From: Candidatus Iainarchaeum sp.
GTDB lineage: Archaea > Iainarchaeota > Iainarchaeia > Iainarchaeales > UBA10191
Length of the DNA: 35,388 nt
NCBI GenBank assembly: GCA_043801115.1
Contig: JAZDMJ010000029.1
Coordinates: 1 to 35,388, forward strand
Direction of reading: 5' to 3'
Shown here: piece after piece, positions 26,163 through 34,313 of the stretch
Numbering within the stretch: position 1 is the stretch's first letter
How the letters are laid out: each line of letters begins with the position of its first letter
The notes under the pieces: model-generated
Told to the model about the DNA's origin: nothing
The model's database searches: none
What the model saw: the letters and a program-made list of their open reading frames with translations, nothing else
Position numbers and translations under genes: made by a program

Positions 26163-26191
26163 ATACGTACATCTCCAACATTTACGTATAT
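26161..26191. promoter_or_regulatory. Inverted-repeat operator of the vapBC-like pair
   Basis: ATATACGTA-N13-TACGTATAT, a perfect 9-bp inverted repeat spanning the start codon to the TATA region. Confidence 0.65.
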
Positions 26192-26241
26192 ATACTTTTG
26201 CCTGTTTCGGGCGAATTATTAAAAATTCCGCGCGCCTTGGA

Positions 26242-26784
26242 ATGGGTGTGAAAGAAGAATTGATTCTCGTCGACGCGGCCGACCAGCCTGTCGGGACTGC
26301 GGAAAAACTCGAAGCGCACCGCGCGGGAAAACTGCACCGCGCGTTTTCCGTCTTCGTATTCAATTCGAAAGGGGAAATGCTCCTGCAAAAGCGCGCCTCC
26401 ACAAAATATCATTCGCCGAATTTGTGGACGAACGCGTGCTGCGGCCATCCACGTCTCGGAGAAACCATTGCACAAGCGGCACATCGGAGGCTGGGAGAGG
26501 AAATGGGATTCGACTGCACGCTGAAAGAATTGTTCCACTACACCTACAAAGTCAAACTGGACAAGGGACTGCGGGAGAACGAATTCCTGCACGTGCTGGC
26601 CGGAAAATTTAACGGAAAAATCGCCCCGAACGCAGAAGAGGCAGGAGACTGGAAGTGGGAAAAGTTCGACAATGTCGTCCGAAACGCGCACTCCGACGCG
26701 GAGCAGTACACGCCGTGGTTCAAGATTTCCGTCAACGACCACGAGAGAGAATGGAGAGCGCTCTTGAAAAAACCGCTTTTTTAA
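26242..26784 (+). CDS. idi: Isopentenyl-diphosphate delta-isomerase type 1 (NUDIX)
   Basis: KLEAH..GKLHRAFSVF, LLQKRA..KY, WTNACCGHP, ENEF, YTPWF. Confidence 0.95.
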   Translation: MGVKEELILVDAADQPVGTAEKLEAHRAGKLHRAFSVFVFNSKGEMLLQKRASTKYHSPNLWTNACCGHPRLGETIAQAAHRRLGEEMGFDCTLKELFHYTYKVKLDKGLRENEFLHVLAGKFNGKIAPNAEEAGDWKWEKFDNVVRNAHSDAEQYTPWFKISVNDHEREWRALLKKPLF

Positions 26785-26807
26785 CCCTTTCACTCTACCC
26801 ATTCCAC

Positions 26808-27485
26808 ATGCCGTTGAAAGAACCAATTTTGTTCGTCAATTTCAAAACCTACGACGAGGCGAGCGGGGAAAACGCGCTCAAGCTCGCGCGAGAGGCCGAA
26901 CAGCTGTCGAAACAAACAAAAAAAACAATCGCACTCGTCGTTCAAGCCTTGGATTTGAAGGAAATCGCGCGCTCTGTGAAAATTCCAATATTTGCCCAGC
27001 ACGTCGACCCAATCGACGCGGGCTCGAACACGGGAAAGATTTATCCGCAAGCCGTCCGCAATGCGGGAGCGACCGGAACAGTGCTGAACCACGCCGAAAA
27101 CAAATTGTCGAATGAAATTTTGGAAAAAAGCATTGCCAAGGCGAAAGAAGTCGGACTTCTCGTAATGGTTTGCGCCGAAACCGTTGAACGAGCAAAACAA
27201 ATCGCCTCTTTTTCCACAAAGCCCGACTATATTGCAATCGAACCTCCCGAACTGATTGGCGGAAACGTTTCCGTCTCTTCCGCCAAGCCAGAAATTATTG
27301 TTGATACTGTGAAAGCCGTGCACGCCATCGCGCAAATTCCAATCATTACGGGCGCCGGAATCAAAAACGGGGCGGACGTGCGCAAGGCAATCGGGTTGGG
27401 CACTATGGGAGTGTTCGTCGCTTCTGGAATTGTCAAAGCGCCCGAGCCGAAAAAAGCCGTTCTCGAATTGCTGGATGGATTCTGA
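26808..27485 (+). CDS. tpiA: Triosephosphate isomerase, archaeal type
   Basis: VNFKTY, AQHVD, LNHAE, AIEPPELIG, GAGI, VASGIVKA. Confidence 0.96.
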   Translation: MPLKEPILFVNFKTYDEASGENALKLAREAEQLSKQTKKTIALVVQALDLKEIARSVKIPIFAQHVDPIDAGSNTGKIYPQAVRNAGATGTVLNHAENKLSNEILEKSIAKAKEVGLLVMVCAETVERAKQIASFSTKPDYIAIEPPELIGGNVSVSSAKPEIIVDTVKAVHAIAQIPIITGAGIKNGADVRKAIGLGTMGVFVASGIVKAPEPKKAVLELLDGF

Positions 27486-27535
27486 ATCGGGCCAAAGGCA
27501 GTGTTTTTAAAGCGCTTTTCCCCTTTCTTTGAAAC

Positions 27536-28882
27536 ATGCCCGTGCGGGAATTTTTGAAACAACACAAGCTCAAAGAAGGAGACACTGTCCGCGTCGAACA
27601 GGGAGCGAGCGAGTTTGAAGGAACGATTATTCCTTCGGCGGAAAAAAACCTGCTCGCGCTCAAACTCAAGAGCGGATACAACACGTTGCTCGAATTAAAG
27701 GATTTGAAAGTGAAAAAGCTGGGAGAAGGGGCGAAAGTGGGAAAAGCGGAAGCGCGAGCCGTGGAAAAAAAGCCGGGCCTTCCAACCATTTCCGTACTGC
27801 ACACGGGCGGAACCATTGCCTCGCGCGTGGACTATCGAACGGGAGCTGTGTATTCGAGTTTTTCGCCGCAGGATTTGCTCTCCATGTACCCTGAACTGGA
27901 ACGCATTGCCAATTTTTCGCCCAAGTTTGTCGCCAACATGTGGAGCGACGACTTTCGCTTCAAACATTTTGAAATCCTCGGAAAAGCAGTCGAAGAAGAA
28001 ATTCGTAAAGGCGTTCACGGAATTATTATCGGGATGGGAACGGACAATTTGGCCGTCGCCAGCGCCGCCCTCGCATTTGTATTGGAAGATGTTCCAGTTC
28101 CCGTCATTTTGGTCGGGGCCCAGCGGTCTTCCGACAGGGGAAGCTCGGACGCGGCCATGAACCTGGTGTGCGCGGCCACGTTCATCTCCAAAACCGACTT
28201 TGCAGGTGTTGCCATTTGCATGCACGAAACTTCTCAAGATGACTGGTGCGCCATTCTTCCCGCGTGCAAGACGCGCAAACTTCATTCGTCTCGGAGAGAC
28301 GCCTTCCAGCCAGTAAACGATTCCGTCATCGCGCGCATCAATTACAACAGCAAGCAAATCGCTTTCGTGAAAAAAGAATATTTGAAAAGGGATTCCAAGC
28401 GGGCGTTGAAATTAAAGCCAAAATTTGAGGAAAAAGTCGGACTGCTCAAAATTCACATCAACATGTTTCCCGAAGAATTCGGCATTTACTCCAAATGGAA
28501 GTACAAGGGCCTCGTGATTGAAGGAACGGGGCTGGGGCAAACTCCAGGGCATGTTCCCAACGAGTGGGCGAAAGAGAACGCGAAAATTTTTCCCGAAATC
28601 AAGCAGTTGATTCAGTCTGGATGCGTCGTCGTTATGACTTCGCAGTGCATTTTCGGGAGAGTGCAAATGCACGTGTACGACAAAGCTATGGACTTGGTCG
28701 AACTGGGAGTCATTCCCGGAGAAGACATGCTCTCGGAAACGGCGTTTGTGAAATTGGCTTGGCTCTTGGGGAACTATCCGAAAGACCAGACCAAAAAATT
28801 AATCGCCAAAAATTTGCGCGGGGAAATTTCGGAGCGGAGCTCTCTTGATTACAGCGTGCAAAAAATGAACGGGGAAAGGTAA
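27536..28882 (+). CDS. gatD: Glu-tRNA(Gln) amidotransferase subunit D
   Basis: LKLKSGYN, TGGTIASRVDYRTGAV, GTD, GAQRSSDRGSSDA, RKLHSSRRDAF. Confidence 0.96.
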   Translation: MPVREFLKQHKLKEGDTVRVEQGASEFEGTIIPSAEKNLLALKLKSGYNTLLELKDLKVKKLGEGAKVGKAEARAVEKKPGLPTISVLHTGGTIASRVDYRTGAVYSSFSPQDLLSMYPELERIANFSPKFVANMWSDDFRFKHFEILGKAVEEEIRKGVHGIIIGMGTDNLAVASAALAFVLEDVPVPVILVGAQRSSDRGSSDAAMNLVCAATFISKTDFAGVAICMHETSQDDWCAILPACKTRKLHSSRRDAFQPVNDSVIARINYNSKQIAFVKKEYLKRDSKRALKLKPKFEEKVGLLKIHINMFPEEFGIYSKWKYKGLVIEGTGLGQTPGHVPNEWAKENAKIFPEIKQLIQSGCVVVMTSQCIFGRVQMHVYDKAMDLVELGVIPGEDMLSETAFVKLAWLLGNYPKDQTKKLIAKNLRGEISERSSLDYSVQKMNGER

Positions 28883-29149
28883 ATGTTCTGGGACGTTTTG
28901 GGAGCGCTCGGACTCGTCATCCTGCTACTTGCATTCATTTTGAACGCGGGAAAGCACACGAAGCGAAACACGTTCCTGTTCAACGGTCTGAACTTGATCG
29001 GCTCTGGACTCCTCGCCGGATACGCCTTTCAAATCGGCGCATGGATTTTTGTCGTACTCGAAACGATTTGGGTGTTTTTCGCCGCCTACTTCCTGCTCCG
29101 CCTGACGCACCACAAAGTGCGCAACCGAAAGGTGAAAAAAGGTGCCTAA
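28883..29149 (+). CDS. Small three-TM membrane protein
   Basis: G..ILLLAF...LNLIGSGLL..YA...FVVLE.IW pattern; sits between gatD and gatE. Confidence 0.75.
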   Translation: MFWDVLGALGLVILLLAFILNAGKHTKRNTFLFNGLNLIGSGLLAGYAFQIGAWIFVVLETIWVFFAAYFLLRLTHHKVRNRKVKKGA

Positions 29150-30974
29150 ACTCAAATGCGGACTCGAAGTGCACCAGCAGTTGAATACGGGAAAACTGCA
29201 CTGTCGCTGTCCCTCTCTATTGCACGAAGAAGCCCCCGAAAGAGTCGTACGCAGAAAAATCCGAGCGGTTGCGGGAGAATTGGGACAAACGGACGCCGCC
29301 GCGCGCGAAGCGTTCTTGAAAGGCACTACTTTCGCCTACGAAGCCTTCGACGACTGCAATTGTTTGGTCGACTTGGACGAAGAACCGCCCCAAAGCGCGG
29401 ATTCGGAAGCCGTCGACATTGCGCTGCAAATCGCGCTCATGTCGCACTGTTTGATTCCGCCCAAACTGCAAACCATGCGCAAAACAGTAGTAGACGGGAG
29501 CAATGTTTCCGGATTCCAGCGCACCACGCTGATGGGAACGGACGGGTGGATTGAAGTTTCGGGAAAAAAATATTCCGTGTTAGGAGTGATATTGGAAGAA
29601 GACGCGGCGCGGCCCGTGCGCAAGGACGAAGCGCGGAACGAAATCGTTTATCGATTGGACAGATTGGGAATTCCATTGATCGAATTCGCAACGGGTCCCG
29701 AAATTTCTTCCCCTTCCGAAGCCAAAGCAGTCGCGCTCGCCATCGGACAATTGTTCCGGCTCACGGGAAAAGCGCGGCGCGGTTTGGGAACCATCCGGCA
29801 GGATTTGAACATTTCCATCGAAGGAGGAGCGCGCATTGAATTGAAAGGCGTGCAGGATTTGGACAAAATGGACTTATACGTGGAAAGGGAAATGGAGCGC
29901 CAGGAAAAACTGCTCGAAGTCAAAGACGCGCTGTTGGAGCGGGGCGTTTCGGAAAAAACATTGAAAGAGTCGCAAATTGAAGAAATTCCCTCGCAAAACG
30001 CGGGCGCGAAACTGCTGCAGGGAAAGCGCGTTTTCTTCCTCCGCCTCCCGCATTGTAAAGATTATTTGGGAAAGGAAATCCAGCCCGCGCGGAGAGTGGG
30101 AACCGAGATCGCCGGCTACGTGAAAGCGCGCGCGGGATTGAAAGGCTTTATCCACTCGGACGAAAACCTTTCCAATTACGGATTTTCAAGCGAGTTTTTG
30201 CAATTGTTGAGTTCAAAAGTGCAGGCGAGCGACGCGTGGGCGCTCGTGGCCGAAAACAACCCTGAAAAAGCCAAAAAAGCGCTCGAAACCGTGCGCGAGC
30301 GCTGCATCCAATTATTGAAGGGGATTCCGGAAGAAACGCGCAACGCATTGGAAGACGGAAACTCGGAATACTCGCGCCCTTTGCCCGGAGCCGCGCGCAT
30401 GTATCCCGAAACCGACCTCGCGCTCGTTGATGTTCCGCACGAGCGGTTGAAAGCGTTGGAGAAAAAACTGCCCAAGAGTTTGGAAGAGCGGATGAAAGAC
30501 TATTTGAAGCTTGGCCTTTCCAAGCAAGTCGCGGAAAATTTGAAACTGTCCAACTTCGCTCCTTTTTTCGAAAAAATGGTTGCAGAGAAAGTGGAAGCGA
30601 AAAGCGCGGCGTGGCTGTTATTGGAAGGATTAACGCAGTTGAAACGCGAAAGGGTTGCGGTTGAAAAGATTTCCGAAAAAATGCTCGAAGAAGCGCTGAA
30701 GGCAAAAATTCCGAAAGAAAGCGTGTTGGGCGTTTTGTCTGAATGGAGCCGTGCGCCGCACAAATCGCTCGCCGAAATCCGCGGTGAAACACTTTCAAGC
30801 GCGGAATTGGACAAGCTCGTTTTGGAAATTGTTCGAAAGAACGAAAAATTCGTCAAAGAAAAGGGCACGCAGGCCATCGGCGCGCTGATGGGCGAACTCA
30901 TGCGCGAGGCGAAGGGAAAAATTTCCGGCAAGCAAGCCAGCGAAGCGCTCAAAAAAGCGATTGAAAAATCTTAG
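29142..30974 (+). CDS. gatE: Glu-tRNA(Gln) amidotransferase subunit E
   Basis: GLEVHQQL.TGKL, LVDLDEEPP, MRKTVVDGSN.SGFQRT, RRGLGTIRQDLN.SI, RPLPGAARMYPETD. GTG start. Confidence 0.96.
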   Translation: MPKLKCGLEVHQQLNTGKLHCRCPSLLHEEAPERVVRRKIRAVAGELGQTDAAAREAFLKGTTFAYEAFDDCNCLVDLDEEPPQSADSEAVDIALQIALMSHCLIPPKLQTMRKTVVDGSNVSGFQRTTLMGTDGWIEVSGKKYSVLGVILEEDAARPVRKDEARNEIVYRLDRLGIPLIEFATGPEISSPSEAKAVALAIGQLFRLTGKARRGLGTIRQDLNISIEGGARIELKGVQDLDKMDLYVEREMERQEKLLEVKDALLERGVSEKTLKESQIEEIPSQNAGAKLLQGKRVFFLRLPHCKDYLGKEIQPARRVGTEIAGYVKARAGLKGFIHSDENLSNYGFSSEFLQLLSSKVQASDAWALVAENNPEKAKKALETVRERCIQLLKGIPEETRNALEDGNSEYSRPLPGAARMYPETDLALVDVPHERLKALEKKLPKSLEERMKDYLKLGLSKQVAENLKLSNFAPFFEKMVAEKVEAKSAAWLLLEGLTQLKRERVAVEKISEKMLEEALKAKIPKESVLGVLSEWSRAPHKSLAEIRGETLSSAELDKLVLEIVRKNEKFVKEKGTQAIGALMGELMREAKGKISGKQASEALKKAIEKS

Positions 30975-31171
30975 AACTGTTTTCCCGCGAATTTGCGCGC
31001 GTTGCGCAGGCATTTTTTGTGCCAGTACTGTCCCATCCACTTTTTTTCCGTCCCCGGCTTGCCACACAACGAGCATTCGTTCGCGTATTTAACGTCTCCG
31101 CTCTCCGCTTCCGTTTCCGCTTCGGCGGGCGGAGCCACTTCCTCTTTTTTTCCGAACAGGTTGAAGGCCAT
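30971..31171 (-). CDS. 66-aa zinc-finger microprotein (CxxC...WHxxC)
   Basis: MAFNLFGKKEE...CSLCGKPGTEKKWMGQYWHKKCLRNARKF. It is the C-terminal part of a long shadow ORF, with ATG 31171 and a TTTTTAAT box upstream. Confidence 0.75.
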   Translation of the reverse strand: MAFNLFGKKEEVAPPAEAETEAESGDVKYANECSLCGKPGTEKKWMGQYWHKKCLRNARKFAGKQF

Positions 31172-31225
31172 GCAATGAACGAGTGGTTTTGGCATTAAAA
31201 AACCATTGCCCTTTCTCTCTATTTC

Positions 31226-32206
31226 ATGAACTGCGTTGAAGTGCAAAATTTGTCCAAAAAGTTCAAAGACTTGGAAGCGGTCAAGGGAATCTCGTTCTCC
31301 ATCCAGGAAGGCGAACTGTTCGGACTGCTCGGCCCGAACGGGGCGGGAAAGACGACCACTTTGAACATGCTGTCCACGATGATGCTTCCCACTTCGGGAA
31401 AAGCGTTCGTGTGCGGAGTGAATGTAGTGGAAAAGCCGGATGAGGTGCGCAAAAACATTGGAATGGTCTTTCAAGACCCCGCGCTGGATCTGGACTTGAC
31501 GGCGAGGGAAAATTTGCAATTGCACGCGGAATTGTACGGTTTGAAAAAAGAAGAAATGAAAAGCGCGGTCGAACGCGTGTTGGCGCTCGTCGACTTGAAA
31601 GAGTTTGCCAACAAGCAAGTTCGCACCTTCTCGGGCGGAATGAAAAGAAGGCTGGAAATTGCCAGAGGATTGATGCACAGGCCGCGCGTGCTTTTTTTGG
31701 ACGAGCCAACTTTGGGACTCGACCCGCAGACGAGGGCAACGATTTGGACGTACGTGCAAAAGCTCGCCAAGCAGGAAAACATGACCATTATTCTCACAAC
31801 GCACTACTTGGACGAGGCGGACGCGCTGTGCAACCGCATCGCCATCATCGACCACGGAAAAATCGTCGCCATGGACACTCCAACCAATTTAAAAAAAGCG
31901 CTCAAAGGGGAAAGAGTGGTCGCCAAATCGAAAGACGCGAATGAATTGGCCAAGCTTTCCGTCAAGGCGAGCACGGTCGTCCAAACCGACCACGAAGTTT
32001 CTTTTACTGTAGAGAATGCGAGCGCTTTCATTCCGAAACTTGTAACGGAAGCGCAGAAGAAAAAAATAGAAATCGAAACCATTGAAACGCACAAGCCATC
32101 GCTGGACGACGTTTTCCTGCAAGTAACGGGAAAAGCGATGAGGGACGCGGAAATCGACTCTTCCGAAGCGTGGATTGAACGAGCGAGAGCGCGGAGGAGA
32201 ATGTAA
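31226..32206 (+). CDS. ABC exporter ATP-binding protein (DrrA-like)
   Basis: GPNGAGKTT, FSGGMKRRLEIARG, LFLDEPT.GLD, TTHY, PSLDDVF...TG. Confidence 0.95.
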   Translation: MNCVEVQNLSKKFKDLEAVKGISFSIQEGELFGLLGPNGAGKTTTLNMLSTMMLPTSGKAFVCGVNVVEKPDEVRKNIGMVFQDPALDLDLTARENLQLHAELYGLKKEEMKSAVERVLALVDLKEFANKQVRTFSGGMKRRLEIARGLMHRPRVLFLDEPTLGLDPQTRATIWTYVQKLAKQENMTIILTTHYLDEADALCNRIAIIDHGKIVAMDTPTNLKKALKGERVVAKSKDANELAKLSVKASTVVQTDHEVSFTVENASAFIPKLVTEAQKKKIEIETIETHKPSLDDVFLQVTGKAMRDAEIDSSEAWIERARARRRM

Positions 32207-32943
32207 TGGCCGGAATCTTGACGCTCTGGAAAAGAGAATTGCTATTGTACACGCGCTACAAGTCGAGAATCATCGGAAGTTTGGGCGTTCCATTCTTCTT
32301 CCTCGTCTCGCTCGGATTCGGACTCAACGCCGTCATTCAAACGGGAAACGTTTCCTACTTTGCCTTTCTTGCTCCGGGAATCGTGGGAATGATGCTCTTG
32401 TTCAACGGAATGTTTTCCGGACTCTCCGTCATTCAGGACAGACAGTTCGGGTTTTTGAAAGAAATGCTCGTAGCGCCCATTCCCCGCTCTTCCATCGTGC
32501 TGGGAAAGGCGTTCGGAAACGCGACCACTTCCGTCGTCCAGGGACTGCTCGTGCTCGCCATCGCCATTATTTTGGGCCTTTCGCTGAACTGGCTCATGCT
32601 GCCCGCCATCATGCTCACCATGTTCCTCATTTCCATCGGATTTGTCGCGCTCGGAGTAGGGCTCGCCGCCATTCTCACCGACCCGCAGGGATTCCAGTTC
32701 ATCATGAACTTTCTCGTATTTCCCCTCTTCCTGCTCTCGGGCGCTCTTTTTCCCCTAAGCAATTCCCCGCCCGCACTGCAAACCGTCGCCTACGTCGACC
32801 CGCTCACATACGGAGTGGACGCATTGAGAGGACTCGCGCTCGGAGCCAACCACTTGCCCTTATGGATTGACTTTACCGTCATCATCGCGTTTTCCGTTGC
32901 AATGGTATTGATTGCGACGTGGCTGTTCCGCAGAATGCAATAA
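32206..32943 (+). CDS. ABC-2 type transporter permease
   Basis: DRQFGFLKEMLVAP, LSGALFP, DPLTYGVDALR; six TM segments. Confidence 0.93.
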   Translation: MAGILTLWKRELLLYTRYKSRIIGSLGVPFFFLVSLGFGLNAVIQTGNVSYFAFLAPGIVGMMLLFNGMFSGLSVIQDRQFGFLKEMLVAPIPRSSIVLGKAFGNATTSVVQGLLVLAIAIILGLSLNWLMLPAIMLTMFLISIGFVALGVGLAAILTDPQGFQFIMNFLVFPLFLLSGALFPLSNSPPALQTVAYVDPLTYGVDALRGLALGANHLPLWIDFTVIIAFSVAMVLIATWLFRRMQ

Positions 32944-33432
32944 TCAGCCCGTGTTCAATTCCCACAATTTCAACGCCTGCTTGGAGAAAGCGCCGCCAAA
33001 ACTGCTGCCCGTCAAATTCGGCAGAATTCGCACCGAAAATCCTTTGTCGAACGCATTCATTGCGGTGGAAAAAATGCAACACTGCGTGTCAAACCCCGCC
33101 AAATCCAATTGTTCGATATTTTTCTTTTTCAATCTCTGTTCGAACCCTTTCGCGTCGAACGCGCTGAACGAAGCACGCGAAAATGTGTTTCCCGAAAACG
33201 CGAACGCTTGCACTTCTTCCGCCAGCTTCGCCTTCGGATCCTTTTCCGTCAGCTCTTTAAAGCCTGCCTTCCACAATCCCGAACCCGACTTGTTCACATA
33301 GCGCAAAAAGATAACATCATCATACTCGCAGAATTTTTTCTGCAAAAACTTTTCCAAATTCTTGAAAATGCGCTTCGTATGTTTATTCTTGAAATATTCC
33401 TGCGCATCGACCACGATTAACGCTTTTTTCAT
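32944..33432 (-). CDS. Isochorismatase-family cysteine hydrolase
   Basis: ALIVVDAQ, SFSAF, LAGFDTQCCI..TAMNAFDKGF. Confidence 0.88.
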   Translation of the reverse strand: MKKALIVVDAQEYFKNKHTKRIFKNLEKFLQKKFCEYDDVIFLRYVNKSGSGLWKAGFKELTEKDPKAKLAEEVQAFAFSGNTFSRASFSAFDAKGFEQRLKKKNIEQLDLAGFDTQCCIFSTAMNAFDKGFSVRILPNLTGSSFGGAFSKQALKLWELNTG

Positions 33433-34115
33433 GCAAGAACGCTTGTTGCATTTGTTTTAAAAGGTCGAATATGGAACCCTTCTAACCTGTCCAAATGGTG
33501 CTTGTTAGAAAAGCCGACAATTTCCAAATACGCTTGAATGCTTTCCTGTTTTGTAATCCGCAAGACGTGAGCGTCGCCGGATTTTGTGATTCTCGTCGTT
33601 TCGATGCCGTTTTCCACCAGAATTTTCTTGGCCTGCTCTAAAAGCGGCTTTGCGTTCATTTTCAGCGCCATCACCAAATAATGCGGGTAAAACTTTTTCT
33701 GCGAAGCGAACTGTTTTGTATAACGGCGGAAAATCGAACCGTCCGTATTCCAAATGCCTCGAACACAGGCGAGGCGAAATTCTTTGTCAGTCATGATTGC
33801 CGGCGGAATCGCCATTGAGTTCGGCTTATCTCCAACCGGAATGCCTAAGTTTTGAAAAAATTCAAACACCCGCTTGTTGGCGATGTGGAACCGCGTCGAA
33901 TTGTCCGATTTTCGAATGAATAACCTTCCTTTCACGCCAAAATTTTGCTGAAAAGCGGGAGAAACAAATTCGCGATAGTAGGGAAAGTCAAAACGACTTC
34001 CTGTAAACGCAACTTCCCAACGCCATCGCTTTTCGGTTCTCGCAAAATAGCAAGAAAGGCAACCATCTCCCAAAAGCGCGCCAACGACTTCGGCTAACTC
34101 TGCATTCAATTGCAT
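33429..34115 (-). CDS. Free-standing two-motif LAGLIDADG (intein DOD-type) homing endonuclease-like protein
   Basis: LAEVVGALLGDGC and ACVRGIWNTDGS motifs, plus IPVGDK...IP and IVGFSN..H. Start moved to ATG 34115 because the longer ORF overlaps the tRNA. No intein splicing motifs. Confidence 0.85.
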   Translation of the reverse strand: MQLNAELAEVVGALLGDGCLSCYFARTEKRWRWEVAFTGSRFDFPYYREFVSPAFQQNFGVKGRLFIRKSDNSTRFHIANKRVFEFFQNLGIPVGDKPNSMAIPPAIMTDKEFRLACVRGIWNTDGSIFRRYTKQFASQKKFYPHYLVMALKMNAKPLLEQAKKILVENGIETTRITKSGDAHVLRITKQESIQAYLEIVGFSNKHHLDRLEGFHIRPFKTNATSVLA

Positions 34116-34169
34116 GTCCAAATTGCGAATTACATCAATTAATCCGTTTTGAAGCCAGTTTTCCGGTCG

Positions 34170-34183
34170 AAAAAAGAAAAAAA
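34170..34183 (-). terminator. Oligo-T terminator after tRNA-Lys
   Basis: TTTTTTTCTTTTTT on the minus strand immediately 3' of the tRNA. Confidence 0.55.
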
Positions 34184-34184
34184 G

Positions 34185-34285
34185 CGAGCCCAGGGGGATT
34201 CGAACCCCCGACACCCTGATTAAGAGTCGCACCGAGAACATTTCTTCATTCTCACAGGTGCTCTACCAGGCTGAGCTATGGGCCC
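34185..34285 (-). tRNA. tRNA-Lys(CTT) with 27-nt non-canonical intron (34228-34254) at position 30/31
   Basis: GGGCCCA/TGGGCTC acceptor stem, GCTC/GAGC D arm, GGGGG-TTCGAAT-CCCCC T arm. Spliced anticodon arm is CCTGA-CTCTTAA-TCAGG. A BHB motif is present at the junctions; no encoded CCA. Confidence 0.92.
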
Positions 34286-34313
34286 ACTTGAAAAGAAGTG
34301 AAACAGCAGGCTT

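Noticed and set aside
27394-27406. Reverse-strand 10/13 match to the 13-mer in tpiA (also a 9-nt partial near 29321)
   Set aside because: Matches this weak are expected by chance in 35 kb, so they were not counted as sites.
34219-34227. TTA triplet in the tRNA loop as a possible ochre suppressor explaining the two in-frame TAA codons
   Set aside because: Stem pairing (CCTGA/TCAGG) and U33 fix the anticodon as CTT (Lys). TTA is shifted by one base.
34116-34241. N-terminal extension of the LAGLIDADG ORF starting inside the tRNA intron
   Set aside because: It translates tRNA and terminator sequence. ATG 34115 sits just before motif 1 and has its own AT-rich box upstream.
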